Counted from the stretch's first letter, positions 29,453 through 39,899 are shown. The stretch: 64,000 nt of DNA from an uncultured Verrucomicrobiales bacterium (GCA_938091905.1 CALKOM010000084.1:1-64000); one strand, 5' to 3'. Made by a program: numbers and translations. The notes: a model not told the origin generated them from the letters alone.

Positions 29453-31109
29453 CGCCTTGAGTTCGGACCCTGTTCCCATGATAACCGCACTCTTGCGCAA
29501 GTGATAGTCGCGTCCAGCAAATTGCAAGGCGTAGGTCATGGCATCCGCAAGAGAAACATTGGTGAGGTCTAAATCGATTTTCGGAGCACTACTGAGTCGT
29601 GCGTCGAGTTGCCGTTGCTCAAGATTGTCGAGGGCCGCGAGTTGACGACCATAGTCTCTGCGCCAAGCATCGTACTCAGCCATCTTTCTCCGCTAGTCCA
29701 TCAGTGAGTCTTGCTTGCTCTCCCGGATAGCCTGCGCAAGAGCGAGTTCGTGCTCAGCCATATCAAGCTTCGTCCTAAGGGTCATCCGCATCCTTTTTAC
29801 CTCTTCAGCAATCCTCTTTGGCTGAATCTCGACCTGGCGCTCCGCCTTCACAACCTTAAGGGAGGCCTCGGTCAAACCAGAAAAGCCTGGAGGCCTTCTA
29901 GCTCCGCCTCTGCCCGAACGTAATCTTTAACTGCTGAATCGAAAAACGGATAGGAAGGCAACTCGGTCCCATAAAACCGAATCAGCCCAGCACCGTCCAG
30001 ACCCGAGAATTTCTCGATCGCGTCTTTGACACTTGCTGACTTCAGTTCCACCGCGTCTAGGGCCTCTGCGTCTAGTTTCTCTTGCAGATCAGGATCAGAG
30101 ACTTCGTACGCGATCGTCGGTGTACGCCAGCCAAGTTTGGCAAGCGTCAGATAAAAAGCGGTGACGAGGACAACACGGCTAGCATTCGGGCGTTTCCACG
30201 GTTTCGTTTTCATGGTCGGTGCGAGAATGTTGGTGAGACGTTGTTTCAAGGCGTTCTGGCGAGTAGGAACCACAGCAAGAGCCAGCGGACAAAACAGAGA
30301 TCGGTGCGTGTGTTTGGCCGCCTGCAGTAAGAATTCCGCATAGGAAACGGCGGATTTTTCGCGTTCAATACAGCTTCATCACAGGACTTCTCCTGAGCGA
30401 GGCGCAAGCGCCTCATGGCCAGCCAGGCTAGCGGATTTACCCAATGCAAGCAGAGCGCCACTTGAGCTAGAGCGAGCCATCGCTGATCATTCTACGCAAG
30501 GCGTTGACACTCGTGCTGGAGGGGAAAGGAGCGCTCTGCTTCGGGGTAATTCTCATAAGCCTCTGGGATCATAATGACAGGACGAATAAGCCCCCTGGTC
30601 ATGGGCACTCGCACTCGCACTCGCACTCGCACTCGCCGCAAAATACGTAAGGAAACTGGACAAGTCTTTGATAGAGATTCTTGCCACCTTAACGGAGCTT
30701 CACGGCTACTTCTTCGCAGACGATGCAAGAGAATCTGGCTAACAAACAGGCGGAGAAGAAGCAAGCTAGCTACAGCTATCCAAGCCTGCATAAGAATCTC
30801 CCCAAATGACCGTTTAGGCGAGACAACCTGCAGAGGCACGTCGCAAGAGAGCGGCGCTGCAACAGTCTATGGAAACAATTCCGGTTCCATCACGGGAGGG
30901 CCGACGAAATCTCTAACAACCGGTGCATGCACCGACTATTTGGGCAACACAAGTGTGGCCAACGGCAAGAGAACAAGCGCTAGCCACACTCCGCACCAAA
31001 ATCTCCACAAATATTCCGAAGTCTTTCGCCGCAGGCAAATACTGAGAAGAAAGGCGACCACCAAGACAAGCAGCTCCTAACAGAGAAACTAATCAAGTAG
31101 TTCGATCGT
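29444..31109 (-). pseudogene. BlaR1/MecR1-type M56 peptidase, heavily degraded
   Basis: Fragments in several frames: LRRKTSEYLWRFW..LLP; VPMTRGLIRPVIMIP; HECQRLA* (eroded HExxH); LHWVNPLAWLAMRRLRLAQEKSCDEAVL; LKQRLTNIL. Multiple stops and frameshifts; apparent start codon is ACG. Confidence 0.85.
30605..30636 (+). repeat. Hexamer tandem repeat (GCACTC)x5
   Basis: Read directly; encodes RVRVRVRVRV inside the M56 pseudogene. Confidence 0.95.
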
Positions 31110-31114
31110 CGCCT

Positions 31115-31495
31115 CTTAGATTGGCGTTGGCGGGCATCGTTCAAAAGAGCGGAGAGTTCGTCCCATTCCTAGTCGCTCATCTGGGTATCGCGCAATTGTA
31201 ATAGCCCGCTGACGGTTTGCGTAACCGAGCCTTCGTAGAAGACATCGACCATGCGTTTCATGGCCGTGCGCGCCATCGATTTCCGCGATCTCACCGGTCG
31301 ATAGACAAAGCGGCGCCCATCCTCGTGGTGCTGAACCTCTCCCTTCGTCTCTAAAATACGCAGCATCGTCCGAACCGTCGCATTAGCGAGCGGATCCGGC
31401 AGCGCGTCCTGGATCCCGCGGGCAGTCGCTTCACCCAGAATGAGGAGGGCATCCATGATCTGGCGTTCGCGCGGACTGAGGTGGTCCGTTTCCAT
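31115..31495 (-). pseudogene. BlaI/MecI/CopY family repressor with a premature TAG
   Basis: LSPRERQIMD..TVRTMLRILETKG..FVYRP..FYEGS. TAG at 31169-31171 interrupts MSD*EWDELSALLNDAR, the expected final helix. Confidence 0.82.
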
Positions 31496-31498
31496 AAG

Positions 31499-31557
31499 AG
31501 TTGAAATATTAACACAACTCATCGCCAAGGTAAGCACTGCTTATTAAGATTTTAACA
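31499..31557. promoter_or_regulatory. Two imperfect TGTTAA-N4-TTAACA palindromes, candidate BlaI-type operators
   Basis: AGTTGA-AATA-TTAACA (31499-31514) and TATTAA-GATT-TTAACA (31542-31557) in the blaI/sodN divergent spacer. Confidence 0.5.
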
Positions 31558-31621
31558 CATTGAGTCACCAACTGTAATTTCACTTGGCTTGACGCTTGGC
31601 CTGCTTACGCTTCCCACCATC

Positions 31622-32083
31622 ATGAATCTTCGATCTATCCTCTGTTCCTTCGCCATCACCGCAGCCCTAACCTCGGCAGCTTTCGCACATTGTCAGATTC
31701 CTTGTGGGATTTATGACGACGCCGCACGTTTTAAAGCTCTGGCCGAGCACATCACGACCATTGAGAAGAGCATCAATGAAATCACGGCGCTTTCAGCAAA
31801 GGAAAAGCTCACGCCACAAGAGCAAAATCAGCTTGTCCGTTGGGTAGCCAACAAAGAGCACCACGCCGATGACTTTGCTGAGATTGTGACCAAATACTTT
31901 CTTCAGCAACGCATCAAGCCTGCGAAAGATGCGAGTGGCGAAGCTGCCGTGGCCGTTCATTTGACCCTCTTGCACAAACTCCTCGTTGGTGCCATGAAGT
32001 GCAAACAGAACGCGGATGTGACGACGACAGCAGGATTGAAGACGACATTGACTGCGTTCGAGAAGGCTTACAACGCTAAGTAA
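31622..32083 (+). CDS. sodN: Nickel superoxide dismutase with signal peptide
   Basis: Ni-hook HCQIPCGIYD directly after AFA; NQLVRWV..KE.HA; YFLQQRIKP. Confidence 0.93.
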   Translation: MNLRSILCSFAITAALTSAAFAHCQIPCGIYDDAARFKALAEHITTIEKSINEITALSAKEKLTPQEQNQLVRWVANKEHHADDFAEIVTKYFLQQRIKPAKDASGEAAVAVHLTLLHKLLVGAMKCKQNADVTTTAGLKTTLTAFEKAYNAK

Positions 32084-32107
32084 GTTACCGCTTTCACCAA
32101 GCTTTCG

Positions 32108-32148
32108 ACGCCGCATTGGGATTCAGAATCCCAGTGCGGCGTTTTTTT
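32108..32148 (+). terminator. Rho-independent terminator after sodN
   Basis: ACGCCGCATTGGGATT / AATCCCAGTGCGGCGT hairpin followed by a T-run. Confidence 0.9.
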
Positions 32149-32197
32149 AGGAAGGAACCGCAAACTCCATACGTATACATAGTTTGCCTCCGTCTCT

Positions 32198-32743
32198 ATG
32201 TGGAACCTCTTAACCAAGCGCTGCTACCTCCGTGACTATGATGACGACGACCGCGAGGCCTTCGTCCGGATCAATACTGACCCCTTAGCACGCAAACATC
32301 TGAACGGTCCGCTGACCACGCGCGAAGCGCACGAGATGTTCGAGGAAACTTTAGCAGAAACTGATCCTTGTCAGGGGGTTCGCTTGGCCGTCTTCGATCG
32401 AAAGTCGAACGAGTATCTCGGTCATGTCTTTCTGGTGCCCTGGGATGATTGCAAAGACGATATGGAGTGGGGTATTCTGATCAGGCCAGAGCATTGGGGA
32501 CGTGGCTTGGGCGCTGAAGCCGGCCGTGCCGCTTTGGATGAGAGCGTGCGTCGCTTCGGACTTAAGCGTGTGTTAGCCACCATCGATAGTGAGGACATGG
32601 CCTCTGCACGCTTGTTAAGAAGGCTGGGGTTCACCCCAGTGGGACGCGGCCAGGATGATCAGGGGGTTTACGATGTCCTCGCCCTGGATGCTCAAACAAC
32701 TTCACCACAAGAGGAGCCTCCCCTTCCAGCGAGAGCCTCCTAG
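32198..32743 (+). CDS. GNAT N-acetyltransferase (RimJ/RimL-like)
   Basis: LTKRCYLR, EWGILIRPEHWGRGLG.EA, AS.RLLRRLGF. Confidence 0.85.
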   Translation: MWNLLTKRCYLRDYDDDDREAFVRINTDPLARKHLNGPLTTREAHEMFEETLAETDPCQGVRLAVFDRKSNEYLGHVFLVPWDDCKDDMEWGILIRPEHWGRGLGAEAGRAALDESVRRFGLKRVLATIDSEDMASARLLRRLGFTPVGRGQDDQGVYDVLALDAQTTSPQEEPPLPARAS

Positions 32744-32747
32744 CAAA

Positions 32748-33158
32748 CTAGCTTTCCCTGTCACCTGCTGAGCTTGTCGGCAGGAACGGCTTCACAAAGG
32801 CCTCGTCGAAATCATAGTGCCCGACAAAGTCCGCTCGGGTGTCTTCCTCAGTTTTCCCAAAGACACGAGCCTCGATGAGATTAAAGACGATTTCACCGAA
32901 GTCCGCGCAGGAACTGATCCCCCAGTCATCGAAGACGGTCATCACCATGGGCCCAAACTCTTTCAGCGCGTACGCACGAACACCTTCGACGAGCTCTTTC
33001 CCACTCACGTGGCGATCCTCAATCTCCCCTCCCTCGCGCACTTGACGCAGGGTATGATCCAGGGCGTCTCGCATGAAATGGTAAGCCCCGGTTTTGTAGC
33101 GTTTGTCCTGTTCCACCAAACGGCTAATGGCCTGATCGAAGTCAATCTTCTTCTGCAT
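32748..33158 (-). CDS. Minf_1886-like (Verrucomicrobia/Planctomycetes-restricted) protein
   Basis: D.RY..GAY.F..DAL, RHVSGKEL, A..EFGPM...V...WGI..C.DFGEIVFNL; start moved to ATG 33158. Confidence 0.82.
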   Translation of the reverse strand: MQKKIDFDQAISRLVEQDKRYKTGAYHFMRDALDHTLRQVREGGEIEDRHVSGKELVEGVRAYALKEFGPMVMTVFDDWGISSCADFGEIVFNLIEARVFGKTEEDTRADFVGHYDFDEAFVKPFLPTSSAGDRES

Positions 33159-33330
33159 GGTCCGGTAGGGGCAATGTCGACTTAGGGCTAGATTCTGCGG
33201 GCTCTGATGTGGGATGATATCGCCGGTAGCGAGCGATGGATCCGACAACAAGGAATGCTAGAACAAGTAGCAGCAGGGCGTGCTCCTGCAAGGTCAATTG
33301 GCTCGTTTTCCGATGGGGAGACTGCGCCAT
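33142..33330 (-). CDS. Small single-TM protein
   Basis: 62 aa; LTLQEHALLLLVLAFLVVG followed by basic residues; tightly packed between co-oriented genes. Confidence 0.6.
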   Translation of the reverse strand: MAQSPHRKTSQLTLQEHALLLLVLAFLVVGSIARYRRYHPTSEPAESSPKSTLPLPDHAEED

Positions 33331-33340
33331 ATCACAAAAG

Positions 33341-34813
33341 CTACCGCGCTAATTCAAAGTACTCCTCTGCCTCGTCTAGATAGCGGGAAATGGGATCACT
33401 CTCGGGAAGCTCCTGGTTTCGGATCGCCTTGCGACCCTCCATGTAATTGTCGAAGACACCACTACTCCCACGTTTCCGAGCTAGCACAGCAGTGTCGATG
33501 AAGGCATCCACATTGGCCATTAGTTCAGTTAAGCTCTCTCGTTCCTTCTGAAGCTGGGTCAGCCGCTGCGTAATCTTGTCAGGTTTTCCCGCATTCAAAT
33601 CGGCCACTATCAGGTGGTACTCCTTAATCAGCGGCCGATAGAGAGGAAAGGAGCGCATGTCCAATTCGAGCAGCCGTTTCTGAACCGGTAAGAGGATCTC
33701 CACCCGATCCTCTCTGGCCAAGAAACGCTCATAATCCAACAAGGTGCCTTCGAACGAGCGAGTCGCTCGATTCTCCGGCGGCGTACTCTTCACGGATTCG
33801 GCGTCGATCTTGAAGTCAGCGTTGGCCTTGAAGAGCCCTCCAAAGAGAACGCCTTTCTTAGGAGCCTCGTCCTCACTCTCCGCCGACTCTGGCATAAACT
33901 CCAGGAACCGGACTTCAATCGCATCCACAAGTCTCGCCTCAGTCTCGACCGGCGTTAAGAATTCCGTCGCTTGAGGTTCACTGAGTTTCGCGCAGTAAAG
34001 AATCCACGTTTGCTCCAGCCGATCTGCGGTCCCAATAAGTGAGGAGTAGAAACGTGCGAGCAAGTTATGCCCCTTCTTACCATGGGCACCACCGTAGGCA
34101 TGTAAGAGCTTACCAAAGCTCAAGGCACCATCTTTCTGATCGAGTAGCATTAGCACGAAACCGGCAGCTGAGGCCTCATACACCGTCCGCGCAACGGAAT
34201 CTGTGTCCTCGTCTTCTGCCGACAGAATTTCTGCAGCAGGCGTCACCAAGTTGAGTCTGAACATCGTTCGGAAAAAACTGCTTTGACGACCCGTGCGCCG
34301 CAACTCTAGAGCACGTGGCAAGCCGATTCGCACCCAGCGGGGAATCAACGTCTTTGTCACCTCAACCTCGATATCTCGCAACGCGATCTCGTACATAAGC
34401 ACATGTAAGAGCATCGCACTCATTTCCTCACGGCTGAATGATGAACCTAACTGAACTCGAATCTCGAGTTCCCTATGACCCTGCTCCTGAAACAAATTCA
34501 CCCGCCAACGAACCGATTTCGAGACTGTCGGATCGGTTAGCTTTCCCGAAATTCTAAGGAGGATCGGAACGTGCCAAGTATCGTCCATGCTGAGCAGATT
34601 CAGCAACTGATCCTTCTGCCGCTCGGCAAAAGATGCGAACGTATTGCGCACTGAGCGATCTTCACAGAAAACGCGGAATTGCTTGCTGGAGCTAATCGTC
34701 AGCGTGTCGTTAGGTGCCTCCAGCGCCAAGGCCTCAGTGACCTGGGCGCTCGCAGGGGAAAGCGAGAGAGCCAGAGTCACCGCGAATAGACCTAGAGAAC
34801 GCGAGGGCAACAT
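33341..34813 (-). CDS. Hypothetical exported protein
   Basis: 490-aa ORF with signal peptide (ASA-Q). Confidence 0.75.
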   Translation of the reverse strand: MLPSRSLGLFAVTLALSLSPASAQVTEALALEAPNDTLTISSSKQFRVFCEDRSVRNTFASFAERQKDQLLNLLSMDDTWHVPILLRISGKLTDPTVSKSVRWRVNLFQEQGHRELEIRVQLGSSFSREEMSAMLLHVLMYEIALRDIEVEVTKTLIPRWVRIGLPRALELRRTGRQSSFFRTMFRLNLVTPAAEILSAEDEDTDSVARTVYEASAAGFVLMLLDQKDGALSFGKLLHAYGGAHGKKGHNLLARFYSSLIGTADRLEQTWILYCAKLSEPQATEFLTPVETEARLVDAIEVRFLEFMPESAESEDEAPKKGVLFGGLFKANADFKIDAESVKSTPPENRATRSFEGTLLDYERFLAREDRVEILLPVQKRLLELDMRSFPLYRPLIKEYHLIVADLNAGKPDKITQRLTQLQKERESLTELMANVDAFIDTAVLARKRGSSGVFDNYMEGRKAIRNQELPESDPISRYLDEAEEYFELAR

Positions 34814-34887
34814 ATGAAGAGATATAGAATTAACGCTCGCATTTGTAAACTGAGAAACGGGATGTAGACGGCACGGTGGTAAAAAGC

Positions 34888-35841
34888 CTATATTACGGGC
34901 GTAATAGGAGGATTTCCAGCCAAGACACGGGCCACATTCTCGGCAGCAACGTGACGAGCAGCCCCCCTCGCCTCCCGAGCAGCCCCACCCAAATGAGGAG
35001 TTAGGACAACGTTAGTCATAGAGAGCAATTCCGGATGAACAATGGGCTCTTCTTCAAAAACATCGAGACCGGCACCAGCAAGCTGACCATCTTGCAAAGC
35101 CGCAACCAGCGCGGATTCATCAACAACCTTTCCTCTAGCCACATTGATCAGATAACTGCCACGCTTCATCACACCAAGCCGTTTGGCATCTAACAAACAC
35201 CTTGTTGAGGGCGTTAGTGGTGTGTGCAAGCTCAGAACATCGACCGCAGGCAGCAGCTCATTGAGAGATCGGTAGTTCGGATCATCCATAACATCCTGAC
35301 TTCGATTGTAAAGCACCCGCATACCAAATGCCCGCGCACGCTGGGCCACAGCTTGGCCAATCTTTCCGTAGCCAACTAGACCCAACGTTTTTCCAGAAAG
35401 CAAAGGCCCTTCCCATCGGGCCGGGCGCATGCCTTCGGATGCCCAAGCACCTGTCCTCAGAAAACGATCGCCTTCCGAAACGCGTCGAGTCACATCTAAT
35501 AATAGCGCTATAGCAGCATCTGCAGTCGACTCAGTGAAAGCATCAGGGGCATTCGTTGCCCACACCTTGCGAGCCGCCATTGCTTGCAGATCGAAGTTAT
35601 CTGTTCCGATGGCAACGTTCGCTACCACCTTGAGATTTGGCGCGTGGTCTAGCAATTCCGTATCGACCCTGAGTTCTCCTTGGTTGATGATGGCAATGGC
35701 GTCTTGCGCATGCGCTAGCACCTCTTTGCGTGGCATGAGCGCTAGTGAATCCGAGGCAAAGACCCAAGGTTGCGAAGCGTCCTTCAACGCAGGAAAGTGC
35801 CCCTTTGGAGCCTGGTTGGTCACAAGAATCGTGGCTGACAT
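34888..35841 (-). CDS. D-2-hydroxyacid dehydrogenase (glyoxylate/hydroxypyruvate reductase-like)
   Basis: GLVGYGKIG, HTPLT, INVARG, GLDVFEEEP, TPHLG. Confidence 0.92.
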   Translation of the reverse strand: MSATILVTNQAPKGHFPALKDASQPWVFASDSLALMPRKEVLAHAQDAIAIINQGELRVDTELLDHAPNLKVVANVAIGTDNFDLQAMAARKVWATNAPDAFTESTADAAIALLLDVTRRVSEGDRFLRTGAWASEGMRPARWEGPLLSGKTLGLVGYGKIGQAVAQRARAFGMRVLYNRSQDVMDDPNYRSLNELLPAVDVLSLHTPLTPSTRCLLDAKRLGVMKRGSYLINVARGKVVDESALVAALQDGQLAGAGLDVFEEEPIVHPELLSMTNVVLTPHLGGAAREARGAARHVAAENVARVLAGNPPITPVI

Positions 35842-36006
35842 GTTGAGGCTTCTAACTTCGAAAAGTGACCTCGTCGAGCTTCCTAACCGATTAGAAATCC
35901 TCGTTCCCCCCTAAAAAGTAAGGGTTTTCTTAAAAAAGAGCTTGTTGAAGTGCAGAAGATTGGGCATGGGAGAACCGCTTTCTATAAGTAAACCAATTCA
36001 TACATC

Positions 36007-36336
36007 GTGGCTAAAAAACCATCTACCATCAAAGACAAGTACACTAAGACTCAAATCTTGGACGCTGTTGCCGAAGAAACCGAGCTCACTCGGAAGCAAG
36101 TTTCAGCAGTCCTCGACTCCTTGACCGGCGTCATCGAGCTTCACATCAAGAAGCGTTCTGTAGGCGAGTTTGTCCTCCCCGGCCTTCTCAAGATCACCAC
36201 CGTGAAGAAGCCAGCGACAAAAGAGCGCAAAGGCATCAATCCATTCACGAAAGAAGAAACCACGTTCAAGGCAAAGCCAGCATCCATCGCGGTAAAGGCA
36301 CGCCCTCTCAAGCGACTCAAGGACATGGCGATGTAG
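36007..36336 (+). CDS. HU family DNA-binding protein
   Basis: TKTQILDAVAE, FVLPGLLKI, ERKGINPFT.E...KAKPA; GTG start. Confidence 0.92.
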   Translation: MAKKPSTIKDKYTKTQILDAVAEETELTRKQVSAVLDSLTGVIELHIKKRSVGEFVLPGLLKITTVKKPATKERKGINPFTKEETTFKAKPASIAVKARPLKRLKDMAM

Positions 36337-36388
36337 TCGCCTGTCCGCTTTGCTAGGCCGGAGACTTCTCCAGCTAAGGAAAGATTGT

Positions 36389-36430
36389 CAAACCCGCGTG
36401 GCCGTCCGGTCGCGCGGGTTTGCTCTTTTA
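36389..36430 (+). terminator. Likely terminator after the HU gene
   Basis: CAAACCCGCGTGGCC-GTCC-GGTCGCGCGGGTTTG followed by CTCTTTT. Confidence 0.7.
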
Positions 36431-36454
36431 TGGCAGTGGACCAAAGATGGAAAG

Positions 36455-36805
36455 ATGAGCACGGAGTCTAACAATCCCCCAGAGCACATGCACTATCAAA
36501 TGATCGGAGAGGACACCTCCACGATCGCAGAGAAGCTTGCCAAGTATGCTGGCAAAGCCTCCTGGGACGATCTCAAGGCTCACTTGGATAGCGGCTCTCT
36601 CATCTACGTAGACGAGTCTCTCGACCTCACAGAGACCGCGCAGGCATTCGCTGATGACGACCAAGCGCGTGTCGCTGATTGGCTCAAGTCTGGCGATCTT
36701 GTGAAGCCATCCGCGCCGCACGGCGCGTACTGGGAATCGATCGAGGCATCGTTTGAGTGCCGCATCGTGTCACCCTTCATACTGATCCAGCCAGCCACCA
36801 GCTAG
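36455..36805 (+). CDS. DUF2288-like protein
   Basis: W.DL..H...G.LI.VD..LDL...A.A.A.DD...V..WL..G, IVSPFILIQ; start moved to ATG 36455. Confidence 0.8.
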   Translation: MSTESNNPPEHMHYQMIGEDTSTIAEKLAKYAGKASWDDLKAHLDSGSLIYVDESLDLTETAQAFADDDQARVADWLKSGDLVKPSAPHGAYWESIEASFECRIVSPFILIQPATS

Positions 36806-37293
36806 ATGATCACGTGCTCGAACTCGCGCGTGCCTGTTTCAAACAAACCATAACTCACGGTGCCGAAGCGGCCCATAATCTCCCCGGGGTTCGCCCAGAG
36901 CGTGTCGCCAATCTCCTCCTGATACCGCTGATGGTCGTGCCCGCTGAAGACCGCATCGTAGGCCCCACTTTGCGCCAAGCGCTTTCCCAGCTCCGGATAA
37001 TGCTGAAGCGCGATCTTTACACCATCGATTTCCAGCTCAGCGAGCGGATGATGAAGGGTCACCTGCGGTAACTTGTTCGCCACCTGCATAAGGAGAAAAA
37101 CGTCACCGTCGTTGTTTCCAAAGACGGCATCGATCGGCCCATCAAATCCCTCAGCCAATGCTGCCAAGCTGAAAGGCGCGCAGAAGTCTCCCAAGAAACA
37201 GAGACGTTCTGCTCCCGAACCCTTCACAGACGTCAATACACGTTCAAGTTGATCGATCCGATCATGGCTATCACTAAGGATCGCGATCTTCAT
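36802..37293 (-). CDS. YfcE/MJ0936 family metallophosphoesterase
   Basis: SDSHD, GDF, GNND, GHDH, NPGE. Confidence 0.9.
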   Translation of the reverse strand: MKIAILSDSHDRIDQLERVLTSVKGSGAERLCFLGDFCAPFSLAALAEGFDGPIDAVFGNNDGDVFLLMQVANKLPQVTLHHPLAELEIDGVKIALQHYPELGKRLAQSGAYDAVFSGHDHQRYQEEIGDTLWANPGEIMGRFGTVSYGLFETGTREFEHVII

Positions 37294-37364
37294 CGGCTAC
37301 TGAAACATACTGCTAGATAGCTTCGGCATCCTGCCAGAGTCACGGACAGCATGCCCGTGTTTCC

Positions 37365-39197
37365 CTAAAGCGCAGACGGGACGTTGCCTTTGAAATCTTC
37401 AGCGATGCGCTCGGTAATGATGTCTTTGTAAGACATGCCACCTGGAATCATTGGCAACACGTGCTCTGTGTAAGGCACCATGATGTCGAGCACATAAGCT
37501 TCATCGGCAGCAAGCATCCGTTCGATAGCTGGACGAACTTCCTCGCGCTCCGTGACGCGTTCACAAGTCACCCCAAAGCCAGCGCACATGGTCACGTAGT
37601 CTGGATAAATGTTATCCTCAGCCGCATTCGGGTCGCCTAGATAAGTGTGCGCGCGGTTACTCTCGTATTTGAGGTCCTCCCACTGCACCACCATACCAAG
37701 GTGCTGATTGTTCAGAATAATCGCCTTTGCCGCGATCTTCTCGACCTTGGCCGTGGCGAGTTCCTGGATGTTCATGAGGAACGAGCCGTCACCGTCGATA
37801 TCCACCACTTCCATATCAGGGAAAGCGAGCTTCGCTCCAAGAGCTGCCGGATAGCCATATCCCATCGACCCTAGGCCGGCCGAGGTGATGAAACGACGAG
37901 GGTGGTCGTAATGATAATACTGGCCAGCCCACATCTGGTGCTGACCCACACCCGTTGTCACAATGAGATCTCCCTTAGTTAGATCATAGAGCTGCTCAAG
38001 GGGATACTGTGGTGGGATGAGCTTCGGATCGGGATCCTGGTAGCCCAGTGGGAAGTCTTTCTTCCATCCGGCGATCTTCTCATACCAGTCCGGGAACTGA
38101 TCGTGCCCAGAAACACGGGCTTTCGAGCCGCCTTTCTCTAACAATTCATTGAGACGCGCCAAGGCTTCCTTGATGTTGGCCAGGATTGGCAACTTCACGT
38201 CCTTGTTCTTGTTGATCTCGGAATTGTCGATGTCGATGTGGACGATCGTACCATGCTTGGCAAACTCTGACACCTTTCCAGTCACACGATCATCAAATCG
38301 CACGCCGAGAGCTAGCAAGAGATCAGCCTCGTTCACCGCATTGTTCGCATAAACAGTGCCGTGCATGCCTAACCATTTCAGCGAGAGATTGTGGCTTTCT
38401 GGGAAAGAACCCACACCCATGATCGTGCTCGCCACCGGGATGCCCGTACGCTCAACAAATTCTTTCAATTCTCCCGCAGCTTCGGCAGAGATGATGCCAC
38501 CACCGCAGTAGATCATGGGGCGCTTGGCTTCCTTGATCAGACCGATGACCTCATTCAAAGCCACCTCATCAAGCGGGCGTGTGGGATCATAACCGCGCAA
38601 GTTGATTTCGTTAGGATACACCGGTTGAGCCCGCGACTCCTGCACGTCTTTAGGCATGTCGATCACGACTGGACCAGGGCGTCCCGTGTTCGCGATGTAA
38701 AAGGCCTCTTTCACGATGCGAGGAATCTCGTTGATGTCCGTGACCAAATAGCTGTGCTTCACCACGGGAAGCGTCATGCCAAAGAAATCTGTTTCCTGAA
38801 ATGCGCCACGACCAATCATGGTCTGGGGCACCTGACCCGTGATCGTCACCATCGGCGTGCTATCAAGAAAGGCGTCAGCAATGGCCGTGACCAAGTTTGT
38901 CGCGCCAGGACCAGAAGTCGCCATGCAAACACCCACTTTGCCCGTCGCTCGAGCGTAGCCTTCAGCGGCGAAGGAACCTCCTTGCTCGTGGCGCGGCAGC
39001 ACCGTCCGAATCTGGTCTGATTTCGTCAGCGCCTGGTGAATTGGCATGCTGGCACCACCCGGATAGGCAAAGATGAGTTCGACCCCTTCCCGCTCCATAC
39101 AGCTGACCAGGATCTCTGCCCCGGTCATGGCTTCGCCCCGCTCTAAAGAGGACGTCTCGGTGGATTTGGTTTTGGTTTTGGTCGATTTGGTACTCAT
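37365..39197 (-). CDS. ilvB: Acetolactate synthase large subunit
   Basis: [41 protein letters not shown]; true start ATG 39197 rather than 39740. Confidence 0.95.
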   Translation of the reverse strand: MSTKSTKTKTKSTETSSLERGEAMTGAEILVSCMEREGVELIFAYPGGASMPIHQALTKSDQIRTVLPRHEQGGSFAAEGYARATGKVGVCMATSGPGATNLVTAIADAFLDSTPMVTITGQVPQTMIGRGAFQETDFFGMTLPVVKHSYLVTDINEIPRIVKEAFYIANTGRPGPVVIDMPKDVQESRAQPVYPNEINLRGYDPTRPLDEVALNEVIGLIKEAKRPMIYCGGGIISAEAAGELKEFVERTGIPVASTIMGVGSFPESHNLSLKWLGMHGTVYANNAVNEADLLLALGVRFDDRVTGKVSEFAKHGTIVHIDIDNSEINKNKDVKLPILANIKEALARLNELLEKGGSKARVSGHDQFPDWYEKIAGWKKDFPLGYQDPDPKLIPPQYPLEQLYDLTKGDLIVTTGVGQHQMWAGQYYHYDHPRRFITSAGLGSMGYGYPAALGAKLAFPDMEVVDIDGDGSFLMNIQELATAKVEKIAAKAIILNNQHLGMVVQWEDLKYESNRAHTYLGDPNAAEDNIYPDYVTMCAGFGVTCERVTEREEVRPAIERMLAADEAYVLDIMVPYTEHVLPMIPGGMSYKDIITERIAEDFKGNVPSAL

Positions 39198-39301
39198 GAT
39201 GATTCTAGCCGCCTTTCGGCTTAAGTTTCGGAACGAAAGGTCTACGTCCAAACACGGAAAGCGCAAGTTCGGAGCCTCTAATCCCCGCGAAGCGCTGCCG
39301 C

Positions 39302-39850
39302 CTATGCTTTCGAGATCTCTTCGATTTCCCAATCTGGGCGGCGGAAGAGAGCTGGGCTCCAGGTGCGTTGCAGCTTCCAGCCTTGGGCCTGAAGAATGGC
39401 CGACCGGAACAGGTCCCAGGTCACTGGTCTGAGTAAAGCGCGAGAAATCCTTGAGCACCCCGGCAGCGACCTCATCCGTTCTCACGGGGTGCGGCAACGC
39501 CGCATCGAGTAAAAAGCCTTCATTTCCCCAGTAGACCACGCTGCCAATACCATGAGCCGATAGAAGGCTTTCGCCCAATGCCCGCGCTGTCGCCGAAGGC
39601 ATTCTCGATTCCTCCACCCACACAAATGCAGGCTCACCTCGAGACGCCTCTTGCTCCTCGACCGCCCAGGCGTTCTTTAGGGATTCGGCCAACGTGCAGA
39701 TAGGCATAAAGGTAGTAACGGCCATTGGGATCCTTGGCATCTGGAAGCGCTGGCAAACTCACATACTCCGATCGCGGAATGGACGTGAGCACCGCCACGC
39801 GTTCACGCACTCGCGTGACCAACACATTCAAACCAAGGGGCCACGCATGA
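39302..39850 (-). pseudogene. C-terminal remnant of an SF1 helicase fused to a restriction-endonuclease-like domain
   Basis: Three frames join as LNVLVTRVRERVAVLTSIP (motif VI-like)..YLYAYLH / [29 protein letters not shown] / [31 protein letters not shown]; frameshifts near 39690 and 39425. Confidence 0.7.
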
Positions 39851-39899
39851 AGGCTCATTAAGGCCACTGCAGCATTGCCTGGAGGACCATGGCAGCTCC

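Noticed and set aside
31169..31171. TAG readthrough (pyrrolysine or recoding) in blaI
   Set aside because: The downstream partner is heavily decayed and TAG ends many intact genes here, so a nonsense mutation is simpler
39198..39740. 791-aa acetolactate synthase with a novel N-terminal domain
   Set aside because: The extension is a chance in-frame read through a helicase/nuclease remnant and spacer; the typical IlvB sequence starts after ATG 39197
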